Source of the DNA: Opitutia bacterium
GTDB lineage: Bacteria; Verrucomicrobiota; Verrucomicrobiia; Opitutales; Opitutaceae
Assembly: GCA_025360615.1 (NCBI GenBank)
Contig: JANYBX010000415.1
Location: 1-52,595 of the forward strand
Reading direction: 5' to 3'
DNA length: 52,595 nucleotides
The translations under genes were made by a program, and so were the position numbers. The notes under the pieces were generated by a model. That model was not told the DNA's origin. It did not search any database and saw nothing but the letters and a program-made list of their open reading frames with translations. Below, piece by piece: positions 44,584 through 52,595 of the stretch. Each line of letters begins with the position of its first letter. The stretch's first letter is position 1.

Positions 44584-46272
44584 GGGGTCGGTCGCGCTGT
44601 CGGCCTCAAGTTTGACGAGGTCGTATTCGATGCCGCCGGGCGACGGTGAACCGGCGCACGCGGTCATGTCGAACACCACGGAGTTCGCGCCGGTGTGCAG
44701 GAGCGACGAGGCGAAATCGAACTGCGCGAGCCGGTAGTACCCGCTCTGGTTGGCGCTGCGATAGACGGTGCCGTCGTTCGGATAGCTGAGCGTGCCGACC
44801 TGCGTGCCGTTCACCTCGACATTGACCGTCGGGGTTTTCGCACAGGCCGCCACGGCGACGGTGAGGTGCGCGTTGCCCGTGTAGGTCTGACTCAAGTTGA
44901 AATTCACCGTCCACTGGCCGACGCCGGTCTGCACGAAATACCAGTTGTTGGCCGGCGTGCTCGTGCCGATCGTATAGGTGAGACTGGCCGGCACCTGCTG
45001 GTAGAGCGCGTAGGAACGCAGTTGGTTGCCCAGCTTGAACTCGCCCGCCTTGCGGTCCGCGGTGCCGATCGTCCAGAGCTTGTTCGGATAATTCGGCGGC
45101 GTCCAGGTGAGCGTGCCGACGTTGGTGGCCGAACCGCTCACGACGACGTTGGTCTTCTCGAACTGCGCGGTGACGTCACCCTGCGTCGAATACGCGTAAA
45201 GGCTGTAGGTGCCGGGCCGCACTTTCTGGATGCTGAAGTTACCCGCGGAATCGCAGAGCGCGGTGAACCAATACGCCGTGCCGACCGCGTAGAGATCGCC
45301 GCCCGCCTCAGCCAGCACGACGCGCGCGCCGTTCGTCGAGCGCCCGTCGGCGATCTGGAGCTTGCCCGTGACCGTCGCGCGCGTGAGCGGATAGGTGGAG
45401 TTGGCCAGCCACGTGTAGGGCCACGCCGCTTCCTCAGTGGTGGCGCGGGCGAGTGCATCGGCGCTGCTGCCGTTGTTGAGATACACGAGCCACGGGCCGA
45501 AGATTTTTCCGCTCGGCACCGTCACCGCCGGCGCGGAAAAATGGCTGGCCGAGAGCATATTCAAGACCGTGCTGTCGCCGCTGTTGCTCTCCACGTGGAC
45601 GGTGAGTTCCTGCTTCATCGGCCCGCCGTTGTAGGCCTCGGGACTGACGGGGAGCACCCACAGGCCGAAGCCGCTGCCGAAAACGCCATGCACGCGGTCG
45701 CCGAGCACGTAGTCGGCCCAGTCGTATTTCGTGTAGATCGTGCCATTGGTGAGCTGGTAGGTGGAATCCTGCAGCACAGTGGCGGCGTCGATTTGCGCCA
45801 GCGTGGGCATCGCGCCCGAGCGGCGCATGTTAAAGGTGTTCGGAAACACCGCCGGATCGACGCGGTAAACGGTGCGAAATTCCCCCACCGCCCCGCCCAT
45901 GTTGCCCGAAATAAAATACGAGTAGATGCCACTCACGCCGTCGCGCACGACATAGTGGTGTTCGCCCATCGCGCTCGTGTAGGCGATGTCGGCCATCGTA
46001 GAGGTGTTCGTGACGACGGTGAGGCCGGTCGGGCTCCACGCCGTCGCGGTATTCGACATGTAGAACCCGGCGCGCCCGTTGATGATGTTGGCACCATTGT
46101 AGGTCAGCGCCGTGACTTTGCCGGCGCTGTTAAACGTGGCGGTGAGAAACGCGTTCGAGATCGTGGCGGTGCGCGCACTGGTGTTCGCGGTCAGCGTGAC
46201 GGCGGCGGAGGCGGGGAGCAGGCTCGCGAGGAGAACGCCGCCGAGTCGGAGCAGGCAGGAATAAATTTTCAT
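44209..46272 (-). CDS. polysaccharide lyase family 4-like rhamnogalacturonan lyase with C-terminal CBM6/CBM35-like module
   Basis: Start reset to ATG 46272 (MKIYSCLLRLGGVLLASLLPASA). HHYVVRDGVSGIYSYF, FGPWLVYLNNG, GNFSIQKVRPGTYSLYAY, LWTIGTADRKAGEFKLGN, WTVNFNLSQ and HLTVAVAA parallel the three-domain fungal RhgB (PL4) pattern as I recall it. The last 124 aa are the CBM module. Confidence 0.8.
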   Translation of the reverse strand: MKIYSCLLRLGGVLLASLLPASAAVTLTANTSARTATISNAFLTATFNSAGKVTALTYNGANIINGRAGFYMSNTATAWSPTGLTVVTNTSTMADIAYTSAMGEHHYVVRDGVSGIYSYFISGNMGGAVGEFRTVYRVDPAVFPNTFNMRRSGAMPTLAQIDAATVLQDSTYQLTNGTIYTKYDWADYVLGDRVHGVFGSGFGLWVLPVSPEAYNGGPMKQELTVHVESNSGDSTVLNMLSASHFSAPAVTVPSGKIFGPWLVYLNNGSSADALARATTEEAAWPYTWLANSTYPLTRATVTGKLQIADGRSTNGARVVLAEAGGDLYAVGTAYWFTALCDSAGNFSIQKVRPGTYSLYAYSTQGDVTAQFEKTNVVVSGSATNVGTLTWTPPNYPNKLWTIGTADRKAGEFKLGNQLRSYALYQQVPASLTYTIGTSTPANNWYFVQTGVGQWTVNFNLSQTYTGNAHLTVAVAACAKTPTVNVEVNGTQVGTLSYPNDGTVYRSANQSGYYRLAQFDFASSLLHTGANSVVFDMTACAGSPSPGGIEYDLVKLEADSATDPAILQAESAVLGGGAALENTNAGFNGTGYVNFPTTGGLATFNSVNGGAGGAKTLTFRFANGSAAARTGAVVINGSSQPITFGTTGAWTTWSNATVTTTLTSGATNTIQLQSNGQDLGNIDQLTVQ

Positions 46273-46309
46273 GGAGAGGATGGCAGGGAGTTGGGGGTTG
46301 AACAAAAAA

Positions 46310-47324
46310 TCAGAGGGGCCCGCGCTCTGACCCGACGTCCTCCAAGAGCGTCGCGCGCTGCGCGGGCGTGAGCGTGGGAGAGTTTTGCACATAGCGAATG
46401 GCGGCCGCGCGATCGGCATCGGCCCACAGGACGACGATGGACCCCAGAGCCCGGACACGCTCGTTGGCATCGACGACGCGCTCGGCCCAGCCCAACGCCA
46501 CCTCGACGTGTGTCCGCACGAGCGCGGGGATGCGAGCGATCCGGCCCGCCGCCAAATCGAGATCGGGATGGCTCGAGCTGGGCGAGCCACGTGCTCGCCG
46601 CCACCGGCGCCCGGCTGATCCATACCGCCAGCGCCTCGTCGAGCGAACGCCGGCGCAGCTCACCCGCCGGCAGGCGAAACAAAATCTCCGCCGCTTCCTG
46701 CGGTTGAGCCTCCGCCCACGCACGCCCGAGCTGCGCAAACGCGGCCGGGCGGTCGAGATTGCCGGAGAGGCCGAGCAGCCATTCCGCCGCCGCGAGCGAG
46801 TCATCGCGGCCCCATTGCAGCGCGAGATTGGTGACGAGGTGGTTTTTCAGTTCACTGTCCGCGAGCTGCTCCAGCACGCGTTTGGCGCCCGCGTAGTTCC
46901 CATCCTGCGCGAGCGTATCGAGCACGGCCGCATAGGCGGGCTGCGCGTGTTCGGGGCGGTCGCGCGCGCGTTGCGCCGCGTAGCCGGAGGCGAGCACGGG
47001 GTCTTTTTGCGCGAGCCAGCCGAGCACGCGTTGCCAGGTGGCTTCGTCATCCGGTGCACGGGCGACGGCCCATTGCCAGGCGGCTGCGGGTTCCGACGCG
47101 ACCCAATCGTGCAGCGTCTCCGCCCGCAGGTCGGCCGGTGGCAGCGCCGAAAGATTTTCGCGCGCCGCATGGGCGGCTCCAAGAGAGCGGAATCCAACAG
47201 ATCCTCTGCTCCTCGGCGACTCCGCCGCTGGCACCGAATGCGTGCGACGCCCCATCAGCAGCGCACCGACGACGGCGACGCCACTCATACCAAGCAGGAG
47301 GGACGTGCGTGGAAACTGAGACAT
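46310..47324 (-). pseudogene. frameshifted paralog of the W-x3-DP helical-repeat membrane protein (651..1841)
   Basis: ATG 47324 (MSQFPRTSLLLGMSGVAVVGALLMG, TM helix). Repeats include HDWVASEPAAAWQW, LGWLAQKDPVLASGY, LQWGRDDSLAAAEWL. The reading frame switches near 46565-46575: ..STWLAQLEPS in the frame of ORF 46269..47456, then HPDLDLAAGRIARIP..LWADADRAAAIRYVQNSPTLTPAQRATLL in the frame of ORF 46310..46804. The second part aligns with the C-terminus of 651..1841, whereas the tail of the first frame is R/G-rich nonsense. Confidence 0.65.
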
Positions 47325-47578
47325 GTGCTGGATCGCGCCAATAACGCGCACGCGCAAAACCGGACAAAAGGGGTTGATGACCGGTTGGGGCAGAGCCGAG
47401 GGGAGCCGAACACGAGTTTCTTTGGAGCAACCCCTAGTCAAACGGAAATCCGACATCTCCCCACAAATAGGGATGCCACTTAAAAATGCATCCAGCCGTT
47501 CAAAATCCCACGCTTTTTCCCTCCGCGTTGAAGGACTTTGCCTCCCGGCGGGGTTATGCCGGGCAACCCGCGCTCACC

Positions 47579-48313
47579 ATGAAAATATTCCCCCGCCCCG
47601 CCAACCTCGTGGCCCTCGCCTGCGCCCTGCTTGCTCCCGCCCGCGCCGCCGATGCGGCGGAGGCGAGGAACGGCGACACCCCGTGGAAAATCCACCAAGC
47701 CGTCGCCGCCAATTATCCACTGCGTCTGATGCGCGCCGGGATCGCACACGGCGAAGCGCGGGTCCGCGTCAGCATCGCGGCCAATGGCGGGCTCAACGAT
47801 GCGCTGCTCGTCTCCGCTTCGCGCCGCGAGTTCGGCGAGGAAGCGTTGCGCGTGGTGAAGCAGTGGCGATTCGAGCCGGAGCGCGTGAAGGGCGAGCCGG
47901 TCGGCGGGGTCGGCGACATCAGCTTCATTTTTGAATTCAACGGCCCGATCGCCATCGAGAAACTTTCACCCGCGCCGAACGAGGAACCGCGGGGCAGCGC
48001 CGACCCGTTCGCCTACCAAGCGGAGACGTTGAAACGGCTGGACCGCATTCCGGCGCCCACGCATGTCGTGCCCCCCGTCTATCCCAAGGATTGGTCGGAT
48101 CGCGGCATCGCCGGCTCCGCCACCGTGGAATTTTTCATCGATGAGACCGGGCAGCCGCGGATCCCCGTCGTGATCGCCACCGATCACCGTTTCCTCGGCG
48201 CTTCCGCCGTCGCCGCCGTGGCGCAGTGGCGGTTCGAGCCCCCGCAAGCCCACGGGCAGCCGGCGCTGGTCCACGCCGAGCAGGTCTTCACGTTCCAAGC
48301 GGGAAACAAATAG
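47579..48313 (+). CDS. secreted protein with two tandem TonB C-terminal-like domains
   Basis: Start reset to ATG 47579 (MKIFPRPANLVALACALLAPARA). Domain 1: YPLRLMRAGIAHGEARVRVSI..ALRVVKQWRFEPERVKGEPV. Domain 2: PPVYPKDWSDRGIAGSATVEFFIDETGQP..AVAAVAQWRFEPPQAHGQP. Confidence 0.8.
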   Translation: MKIFPRPANLVALACALLAPARAADAAEARNGDTPWKIHQAVAANYPLRLMRAGIAHGEARVRVSIAANGGLNDALLVSASRREFGEEALRVVKQWRFEPERVKGEPVGGVGDISFIFEFNGPIAIEKLSPAPNEEPRGSADPFAYQAETLKRLDRIPAPTHVVPPVYPKDWSDRGIAGSATVEFFIDETGQPRIPVVIATDHRFLGASAVAAVAQWRFEPPQAHGQPALVHAEQVFTFQAGNK

Positions 48314-48329
48314 CACCGCCGAAGCCCGT

Positions 48330-51215
48330 TCACCGGCCGCGCCCGCGCGCCGCACCCTCCGCGCCGCGCGGTCCTTCAACCACGAGGCGGATGGAATCAA
48401 GCCGGAGCCGCGCCTGCTCGATCGCGGTGCGGGTGCGCTGGAGCTGCTCCTCCGCGAGCGCGATTTCCCCGGGGCGCACGTGATCGTTGAGTTTGCGGAG
48501 ATCGACCAGGCGCTGGAGATCGGCGGTCAGCGAGGCGGTGGCCTTGGTCTGGGCGGCCGATTTCAACACGCGCGATCGTTCGTCGGCTCGCTCCGTCGCC
48601 GACGCGAGCAGGGTTTGCAGCAGCGCAGCATCGAAGCCCGGCCGCTCGAGGAAGCGGTGGATCTCGCTATCCTCAAAATCGGCCGCGAGGGACTTCGCCT
48701 CGCGCTCGGCCGTGAGATCGCGACCGCGGAGATCGATGACGACCCGCACCGGCGTCGGCGCGAGAAACTGGTCCACGTGCCAGCGCGAGTCGGCCACCGT
48801 CTCGAGCAGGAAGATCGCCTCGATGAGGAGATTGGGCGCATCGGCTTCGATCACGCCGAACGCCGTCGTGCCGGATTTCGAGTCGACCAGGAGATCGATG
48901 GCGTCCTGCACGAGCGCGTGGTCGGGCGAAATGAAGCGGATGTCCTCCCGGATGATCGCGCGCTGGCGGCTGAAGGTCGCGAGCATCCCATCGGCTGGAA
49001 TCGATGGAAACCCCTCAATGTAGGCGTGGCTCGGATCGAGAAACACATCGCCTTCCTCGTGCTCCTTGAGGCGCACGCCGAAATGATCGAGCAGCTCGAT
49101 CAGGAAATTCCGCAGGAGCGGATCGGCATCCACCGCGCGCACGCGGGCGATCACGCGCTCGGCGATCTCGCGGTTGAACGAGTTGAGCTCGAGCAGGCGG
49201 TCGCGGCCCTGTTTCATTTTCAACGAGAGGATTTTTCGAAACGCGATGGTCTCCTCCGTGAATTGGTCGAGCTGCTGGCGGTCAGCCGGGCCGCTCTGGC
49301 CGTAGGCGAGCGCGAGCTTGAGCAGCCGCTCCTTGAATTTGTCCTGATAGTCGTTGCCGCCGTGCAGCGAGGTTTCGAAGGCGTCCAGCCCGCGGTGATA
49401 CCAATCGACGACGCACTCCTCGGCACTGCCCGCGACATAGGGCACGTGAATCCGGATGGTCTGCGTCTGGCCGATGCGATCGAGGCGGCCGATGCGTTGT
49501 TCGAGGAGGCCGGGGTTGAGCGGCAGATCGAACAGCACGAGGTGGTGGGCGAACTGGAAGTTGCGCCCCTCGCTGCCGATTTCGGAGCAGATGAGGAGCT
49601 GCGCGCCCTCGGGCTCGGCGAACCACGCGGCATTCCGGTCGCGCTGCACGAGGGCCAGGCCTTCGTGAAACAAACCCACTTTTACGGCGATCCGCTCCTG
49701 CAACGCGGCCTCGATGGCGACGACCTTGCGCTGGGATTTGCAGATCAGCAGGACTTTTTCCGGGCGATGCTGCACGAGAAACGCGATCAGCCAGTCGATG
49801 CGCGGATCCTCCTTGAACGAGTAGCGTAGAGCGGCGTCGGCGCCGGTTTCCTCGGCGTGGAGTTCGCGGGCGATGCGGGCGAGCTGCGTGAGGTTGTTAT
49901 TTGCATCGAGCGGCGCGGGGCAAAATTTTCGCGCGGGAAAGCCCGTCATCGCGGCGCGGGTGTTGCGAAACACCACGCGGCCCGTGCCGTGCTGGTCGAG
50001 GAGCGTCTTGAGCAACGCCTCGCGCGCCCCCGCCCGGCCCTGCCCGAGCCCGTCGAGGTGCTGCGCCAGTCGCTCGGGATCGCGGTTGAAGATCTTCTTG
50101 AGCGTCGCGTGGTCTTTCGGCGCGAGCGGTTTCTGCTCGATGATTTTCTCTGCGACGCCCGCCACCGCCCCGAAGCGCTCGGTTTCCGCGAGGAACTGAT
50201 CGTAGTCCGCATAGCGATGCGGATCGAGCAGGCGGAGGCGCGCGAAGTGGCCGACCATGCCGAGCTGCGTCGGCGTGGCGGTCAGCAAGAGCAGGCCGGG
50301 ACAACGCTGCGCGAGATGCTCGACGAGCGCGTATTCGGGGCTGACGATTTCGGGCGTCCACGCGAGATGATGCGCTTCATCGACGACGACGATATCCCAG
50401 CCGGCCGCGAGTGCCTCGTCGCGCCGCTGCGCGCTGCCCGCGAGAAACGACCCGCTGCACAAGGCGAGTTGCGTGGCGAGAAACGGGTTTTTCCCGGGAT
50501 CGCTTTGCTCGCAAGCGACGCAGCGGCCTTCGTCGTAGATGCTGAACCAGAGGTTGAACCGCCGCAGGAGTTCCACGAACCACTGGTGCGTGAGCGACTC
50601 GGGCACGAGGATGAGCACGCGCCGCGCCTGGCCGACGGCGAGCAGGCGTTGCAGGATGAGACACGCCTCGATGGTTTTGCCGAGGCCCACCTCGTCGGCC
50701 AGCAGGACGCGCGGGATCTGGCGCGAGGAGATTTCCGCCAAAAGATAAAACTGGTGCGGGATCAGCTCGAGGCGTCCGCCGAGAAAGCCGCGCACGTCGG
50801 ATTGGCGGAAGCGCGCCTGCGCCTGCAACGCCCGGTAGCGCAGGTCGAACACCTCGCCCGGATCGACCTGCCCAGCCAGCAGCCGCTCCTGCGGCAGGCC
50901 CACGCTCGTCACGTCGGAGATCGCATCCTCGCGCACGCGCCGGCCGCCCGCGCCCACGTAGTGCAGCACGCCGGCCGTTTCCTCGACGAGTTCGATGACG
51001 AGCGCCTCGCCATCGCGCATGGTGACGGTCTCGCCCGCGCGAAATTGCACGCGCTTGAGCACCGGGGTGCCGAGCGCGTAGAGGCGCTTTTCCCCGGTCG
51101 CGGGAAAGTCGATCCCGATGCGTTTCGCCGCGCGATCCACGCTCGCGACCAACCCGAGCCCGAGTTCGGGCTCCCGCTCACTCATGCAACGTTGTCCAAC
51201 GACACCAAGAGACAT
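48330..51215 (-). CDS. rapA: RNA polymerase-associated SNF2-family ATPase RapA (HepA)
   Basis: The N-terminus MSLGVVGQRCMSEREPELGLGLV..GEKRLYA parallels E. coli RapA ([29 protein letters not shown]). Helicase motifs VLLADEVGLGKTIEA and VVVDEAHHL, plus the C-terminal helicase lobe (SEIGSEGRNFQF..LPLNPGLLEQRIGRLDRIGQ). 961 aa versus about 968 aa in E. coli. Confidence 0.9.
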   Translation of the reverse strand: MSLGVVGQRCMSEREPELGLGLVASVDRAAKRIGIDFPATGEKRLYALGTPVLKRVQFRAGETVTMRDGEALVIELVEETAGVLHYVGAGGRRVREDAISDVTSVGLPQERLLAGQVDPGEVFDLRYRALQAQARFRQSDVRGFLGGRLELIPHQFYLLAEISSRQIPRVLLADEVGLGKTIEACLILQRLLAVGQARRVLILVPESLTHQWFVELLRRFNLWFSIYDEGRCVACEQSDPGKNPFLATQLALCSGSFLAGSAQRRDEALAAGWDIVVVDEAHHLAWTPEIVSPEYALVEHLAQRCPGLLLLTATPTQLGMVGHFARLRLLDPHRYADYDQFLAETERFGAVAGVAEKIIEQKPLAPKDHATLKKIFNRDPERLAQHLDGLGQGRAGAREALLKTLLDQHGTGRVVFRNTRAAMTGFPARKFCPAPLDANNNLTQLARIARELHAEETGADAALRYSFKEDPRIDWLIAFLVQHRPEKVLLICKSQRKVVAIEAALQERIAVKVGLFHEGLALVQRDRNAAWFAEPEGAQLLICSEIGSEGRNFQFAHHLVLFDLPLNPGLLEQRIGRLDRIGQTQTIRIHVPYVAGSAEECVVDWYHRGLDAFETSLHGGNDYQDKFKERLLKLALAYGQSGPADRQQLDQFTEETIAFRKILSLKMKQGRDRLLELNSFNREIAERVIARVRAVDADPLLRNFLIELLDHFGVRLKEHEEGDVFLDPSHAYIEGFPSIPADGMLATFSRQRAIIREDIRFISPDHALVQDAIDLLVDSKSGTTAFGVIEADAPNLLIEAIFLLETVADSRWHVDQFLAPTPVRVVIDLRGRDLTAEREAKSLAADFEDSEIHRFLERPGFDAALLQTLLASATERADERSRVLKSAAQTKATASLTADLQRLVDLRKLNDHVRPGEIALAEEQLQRTRTAIEQARLRLDSIRLVVEGPRGAEGAARGRGR

Positions 51216-51567
51216 GCCACCATCACACGCCTCACGCGACGAGTGACAAGGGGCGAGTGCTCCGGCGGCTTCGATCCGTCGACCAAGGCAGGTATCACAG
51301 AGGACACGGAGCGATGACTCAGCGGTTGGAAAAACATAACGACGGCGGGTTCGGCTTCACCCAGAACGAACGGTTACCGTAGGTCAGCTCGCTCTCCAAC
51401 GATGAGCCGGTTTGAAGACCTGCTCATGCTCCGTCTCGGTGAACTCCGGGTCGGCGCTCCGTGCTCTCCGTGACCCACGGATTGTTTCTGAATCTTCGAT
51501 CAGTCGACCACGATACCTCCCTCCCGCCGCTCCTTCGCGTTTGCCTCGGAGTTGGCCGCTTGCTCGG

Positions 51568-52236
51568 TTGGTCGCCGTGCCGCCAACGCCCGCCAAACCA
51601 CGACCCGATGGCTGGAAATTCCGCTGGGATATCGTGCTCTTCCTCGCCTTCGTGCTGGCCGCGATGCGCCATGGGACCGATCTCCCGTTGCACGAGGTGC
51701 TCGGGGTCGTGGTCGTTCCCGTGCTGGCCGTCCACCTGTGGCTCAACTGGCGCTGGATCGTCGACGTGCTCCGTCGCACGGCGCGCACGTTGCCGGGCGA
51801 GGTGCGCTTCAACCGCGCGTGGGACATCGCGCAGTGCGTCGTCGCGATTGTCGCGATCGGCTCCGGTCTGGTGGCGTCGCGGCATCTCCTGCCTGCGCTC
51901 GGCGTGGCGCCGTCCGCGCGCCATCGCCTGATGGAAGACATCCATGCCGTCTCCGCTTGGGTGCTCATGGCGATGATCGGCGTCCACCTCGGCGTGCACG
52001 CGCATTGGATCTGGTCGAAGGTGCGGAAGCCGCGCTTCGTGCTGGCCGTCGTGCTCCTCGCCTTGGCGCTGGCGGGCGCGACGCGACTCGAGGTCTTCCA
52101 GCAAGACCGCCGATTCGGCCCGCGCTTCCGCGGTGACTCGATCAAGGTAACGCTGGCGACGATTCTGCCGACAGACACCGCACCTCTAATTTTCTCCGCG
52201 ACCTACGATCAGTTGGGCGTTGCCTTGCCCCAATAA
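51568..52236 (+). CDS. DUF4405-like (cytochrome-b-like) integral membrane protein
   Basis: Four hydrophobic helices with conserved-looking His residues (HEVLGVVVVPVLAVHLWLNWRW.., IHAVSAWVLMAMIGVHLGVHAHW). The start is uncertain: TTG 51568, GTG 51577 or ATG 51664. The track start at 51412 adds an unlikely S/R/P-rich leader. Confidence 0.55.
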   Translation: MVAVPPTPAKPRPDGWKFRWDIVLFLAFVLAAMRHGTDLPLHEVLGVVVVPVLAVHLWLNWRWIVDVLRRTARTLPGEVRFNRAWDIAQCVVAIVAIGSGLVASRHLLPALGVAPSARHRLMEDIHAVSAWVLMAMIGVHLGVHAHWIWSKVRKPRFVLAVVLLALALAGATRLEVFQQDRRFGPRFRGDSIKVTLATILPTDTAPLIFSATYDQLGVALPQ

Positions 52237-52274
52237 ACGCTAGTCCTCTTTGTCTTTCAAAGCTTACCTGCCTT

Positions 52275-52595
52275 ATGGCTTCAGCCGAACAGATCCGCGC
52301 TCTCGTTCAGAGTCACTGCGAAGGTGACCAAGGTCGTTTCCTGTCGGTCGCCATGCAGGTAGCCGCTGGTGAAGCCCGGAAAGGTCATCCCGAATTCTCC
52401 GCCGAACTCCGGCGCATGATCGAGAAAGCCAAAGACCATATCGTTCCTCAGCAAAGCGCCGGCGAGACCATTCCTTTTGCTGCTGCTCGCGGTGAGCTCA
52501 GCGAACTCTTTGCCGTTTTTCATCCCCAGACCAAATTGGGAGACATGGTGATGCCAGTGGCATTACAGGCCCGTATGGAACGAATCGTGGAAGAG
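52275..52595 (+). CDS. 5' part of a gene running out of the window; helical N-terminal region reminiscent of certain stand-alone AAA+ ATPases (low-confidence functional call)
   Basis: ATG 52275, with 107 codons open to the window edge: MASAEQIRALVQSHCEGDQGRFLSVAMQVAAGEARKGHPEFSAELRRMIEKAK..RGELSELF..TKLGDMVMPVALQARMERIVEE. Not in the ORF track because no stop lies within the window. It reads more protein-like than the antisense 80-aa ORF 52281..52523. GC is visibly lower than in the rest of the window. Confidence 0.5.
   Translation, partial: MASAEQIRALVQSHCEGDQGRFLSVAMQVAAGEARKGHPEFSAELRRMIEKAKDHIVPQQSAGETIPFAAARGELSELFAVFHPQTKLGDMVMPVALQARMERIVEE

Noticed and set aside
46269-46309. ATGA stop/start overlap suggesting translational coupling between track ORF 46269..47456 and the PL4 gene
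   Set aside because: The 3' ~100 codons of that ORF are out-of-frame, R/G-rich sequence produced by the frameshift near 46570. The homologous C-terminus ends at 46310.
44695-51317. Long + strand ORFs 44695..46371, 48480..49829 and 49857..51317
   Set aside because: They are antisense to the PL4 lyase and to rapA, both of which carry unambiguous motifs on the minus strand.
51384-52178. 264-aa and 226-aa minus-strand ORFs
   Set aside because: They are antisense to the hydrophobic DUF4405-like gene, are R/S/T-rich and have no motifs.
52281-52523. 80-aa minus-strand ORF
   Set aside because: The + strand frame across the same region is open for 107 codons to the window edge and reads like a helical protein. 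The minus ORF looks like its shadow.
1-52595. Search by eye for rRNA, tRNA, tmRNA, CRISPR arrays, IS elements/transposases, integrases and phage genes
   Set aside because: I found none: no tRNA-like T-arm/acceptor patterns in the intergenic gaps, no regularly spaced direct repeats, and no transposase- or integrase-like ORFs. A proper tRNAscan/Infernal/ISfinder run would be needed to be certain.

Overview
By eye (not computed) this window is very GC-rich, with R/A/G-rich shadow ORFs on the antisense strand throughout. It reads as ordinary chromosome from a PVC-group bacterium, most likely Verrucomicrobiota/Opitutaceae-like. That guess is an inference from protein families typical of the group: ThuA, DUF1080, CxxCH-propeller proteins and pseudopilin-like modules. 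I support about 40 CDSs. Note that the ORF track translates GTG/TTG starts as M, so many track ORFs are 5'-extended; I re-set starts where a signal peptide or a homologous N-terminus made that clear.

Gene content:
- Secreted polysaccharide-degradation genes are scattered across the window: GH5, two GH97, PL6, PL4, GH29, two CE12/SGNH esterases, two other esterases, DUF3826, and three copies of a CBM6/35-like module.
- PVC-style sugar oxidation genes: ThuA-like, a sugar epimerase TIM barrel, a DUF1080-cytochrome c-propeller giant, and a cytochrome c-fused PQQ sugar dehydrogenase.
- Signalling genes: an ECF sigma factor fused to TM helices and a pseudopilin-like ectodomain; a PgpH-type ectodomain protein; and a three-gene PAS-HK / REC / hybrid-HK phosphorelay.
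- Housekeeping genes: rapA, a GNAT and a flavodoxin-like quinone reductase.
- Four decayed genes: a frameshifted SnoaL-like gene, a multiply broken ATP-grasp gene, a SUOX-fold remnant, and a frameshifted helical-repeat paralog.

I found no rRNA, tRNA, CRISPR array, IS/transposase or prophage genes.

I do not see a clear-cut new multi-gene system such as a defence island. The best leads are:
- the sigma-TM-pseudopilin fusion and its PgpH-ectodomain neighbour;
- an uncharacterised W-x3-DP helical-repeat family present twice beside CBM35-tagged enzymes;
- an unexplained 585-bp low-GC non-coding stretch;
- a compositional break at about 52.24 kb, where a possible AAA+-type gene runs off the window edge.
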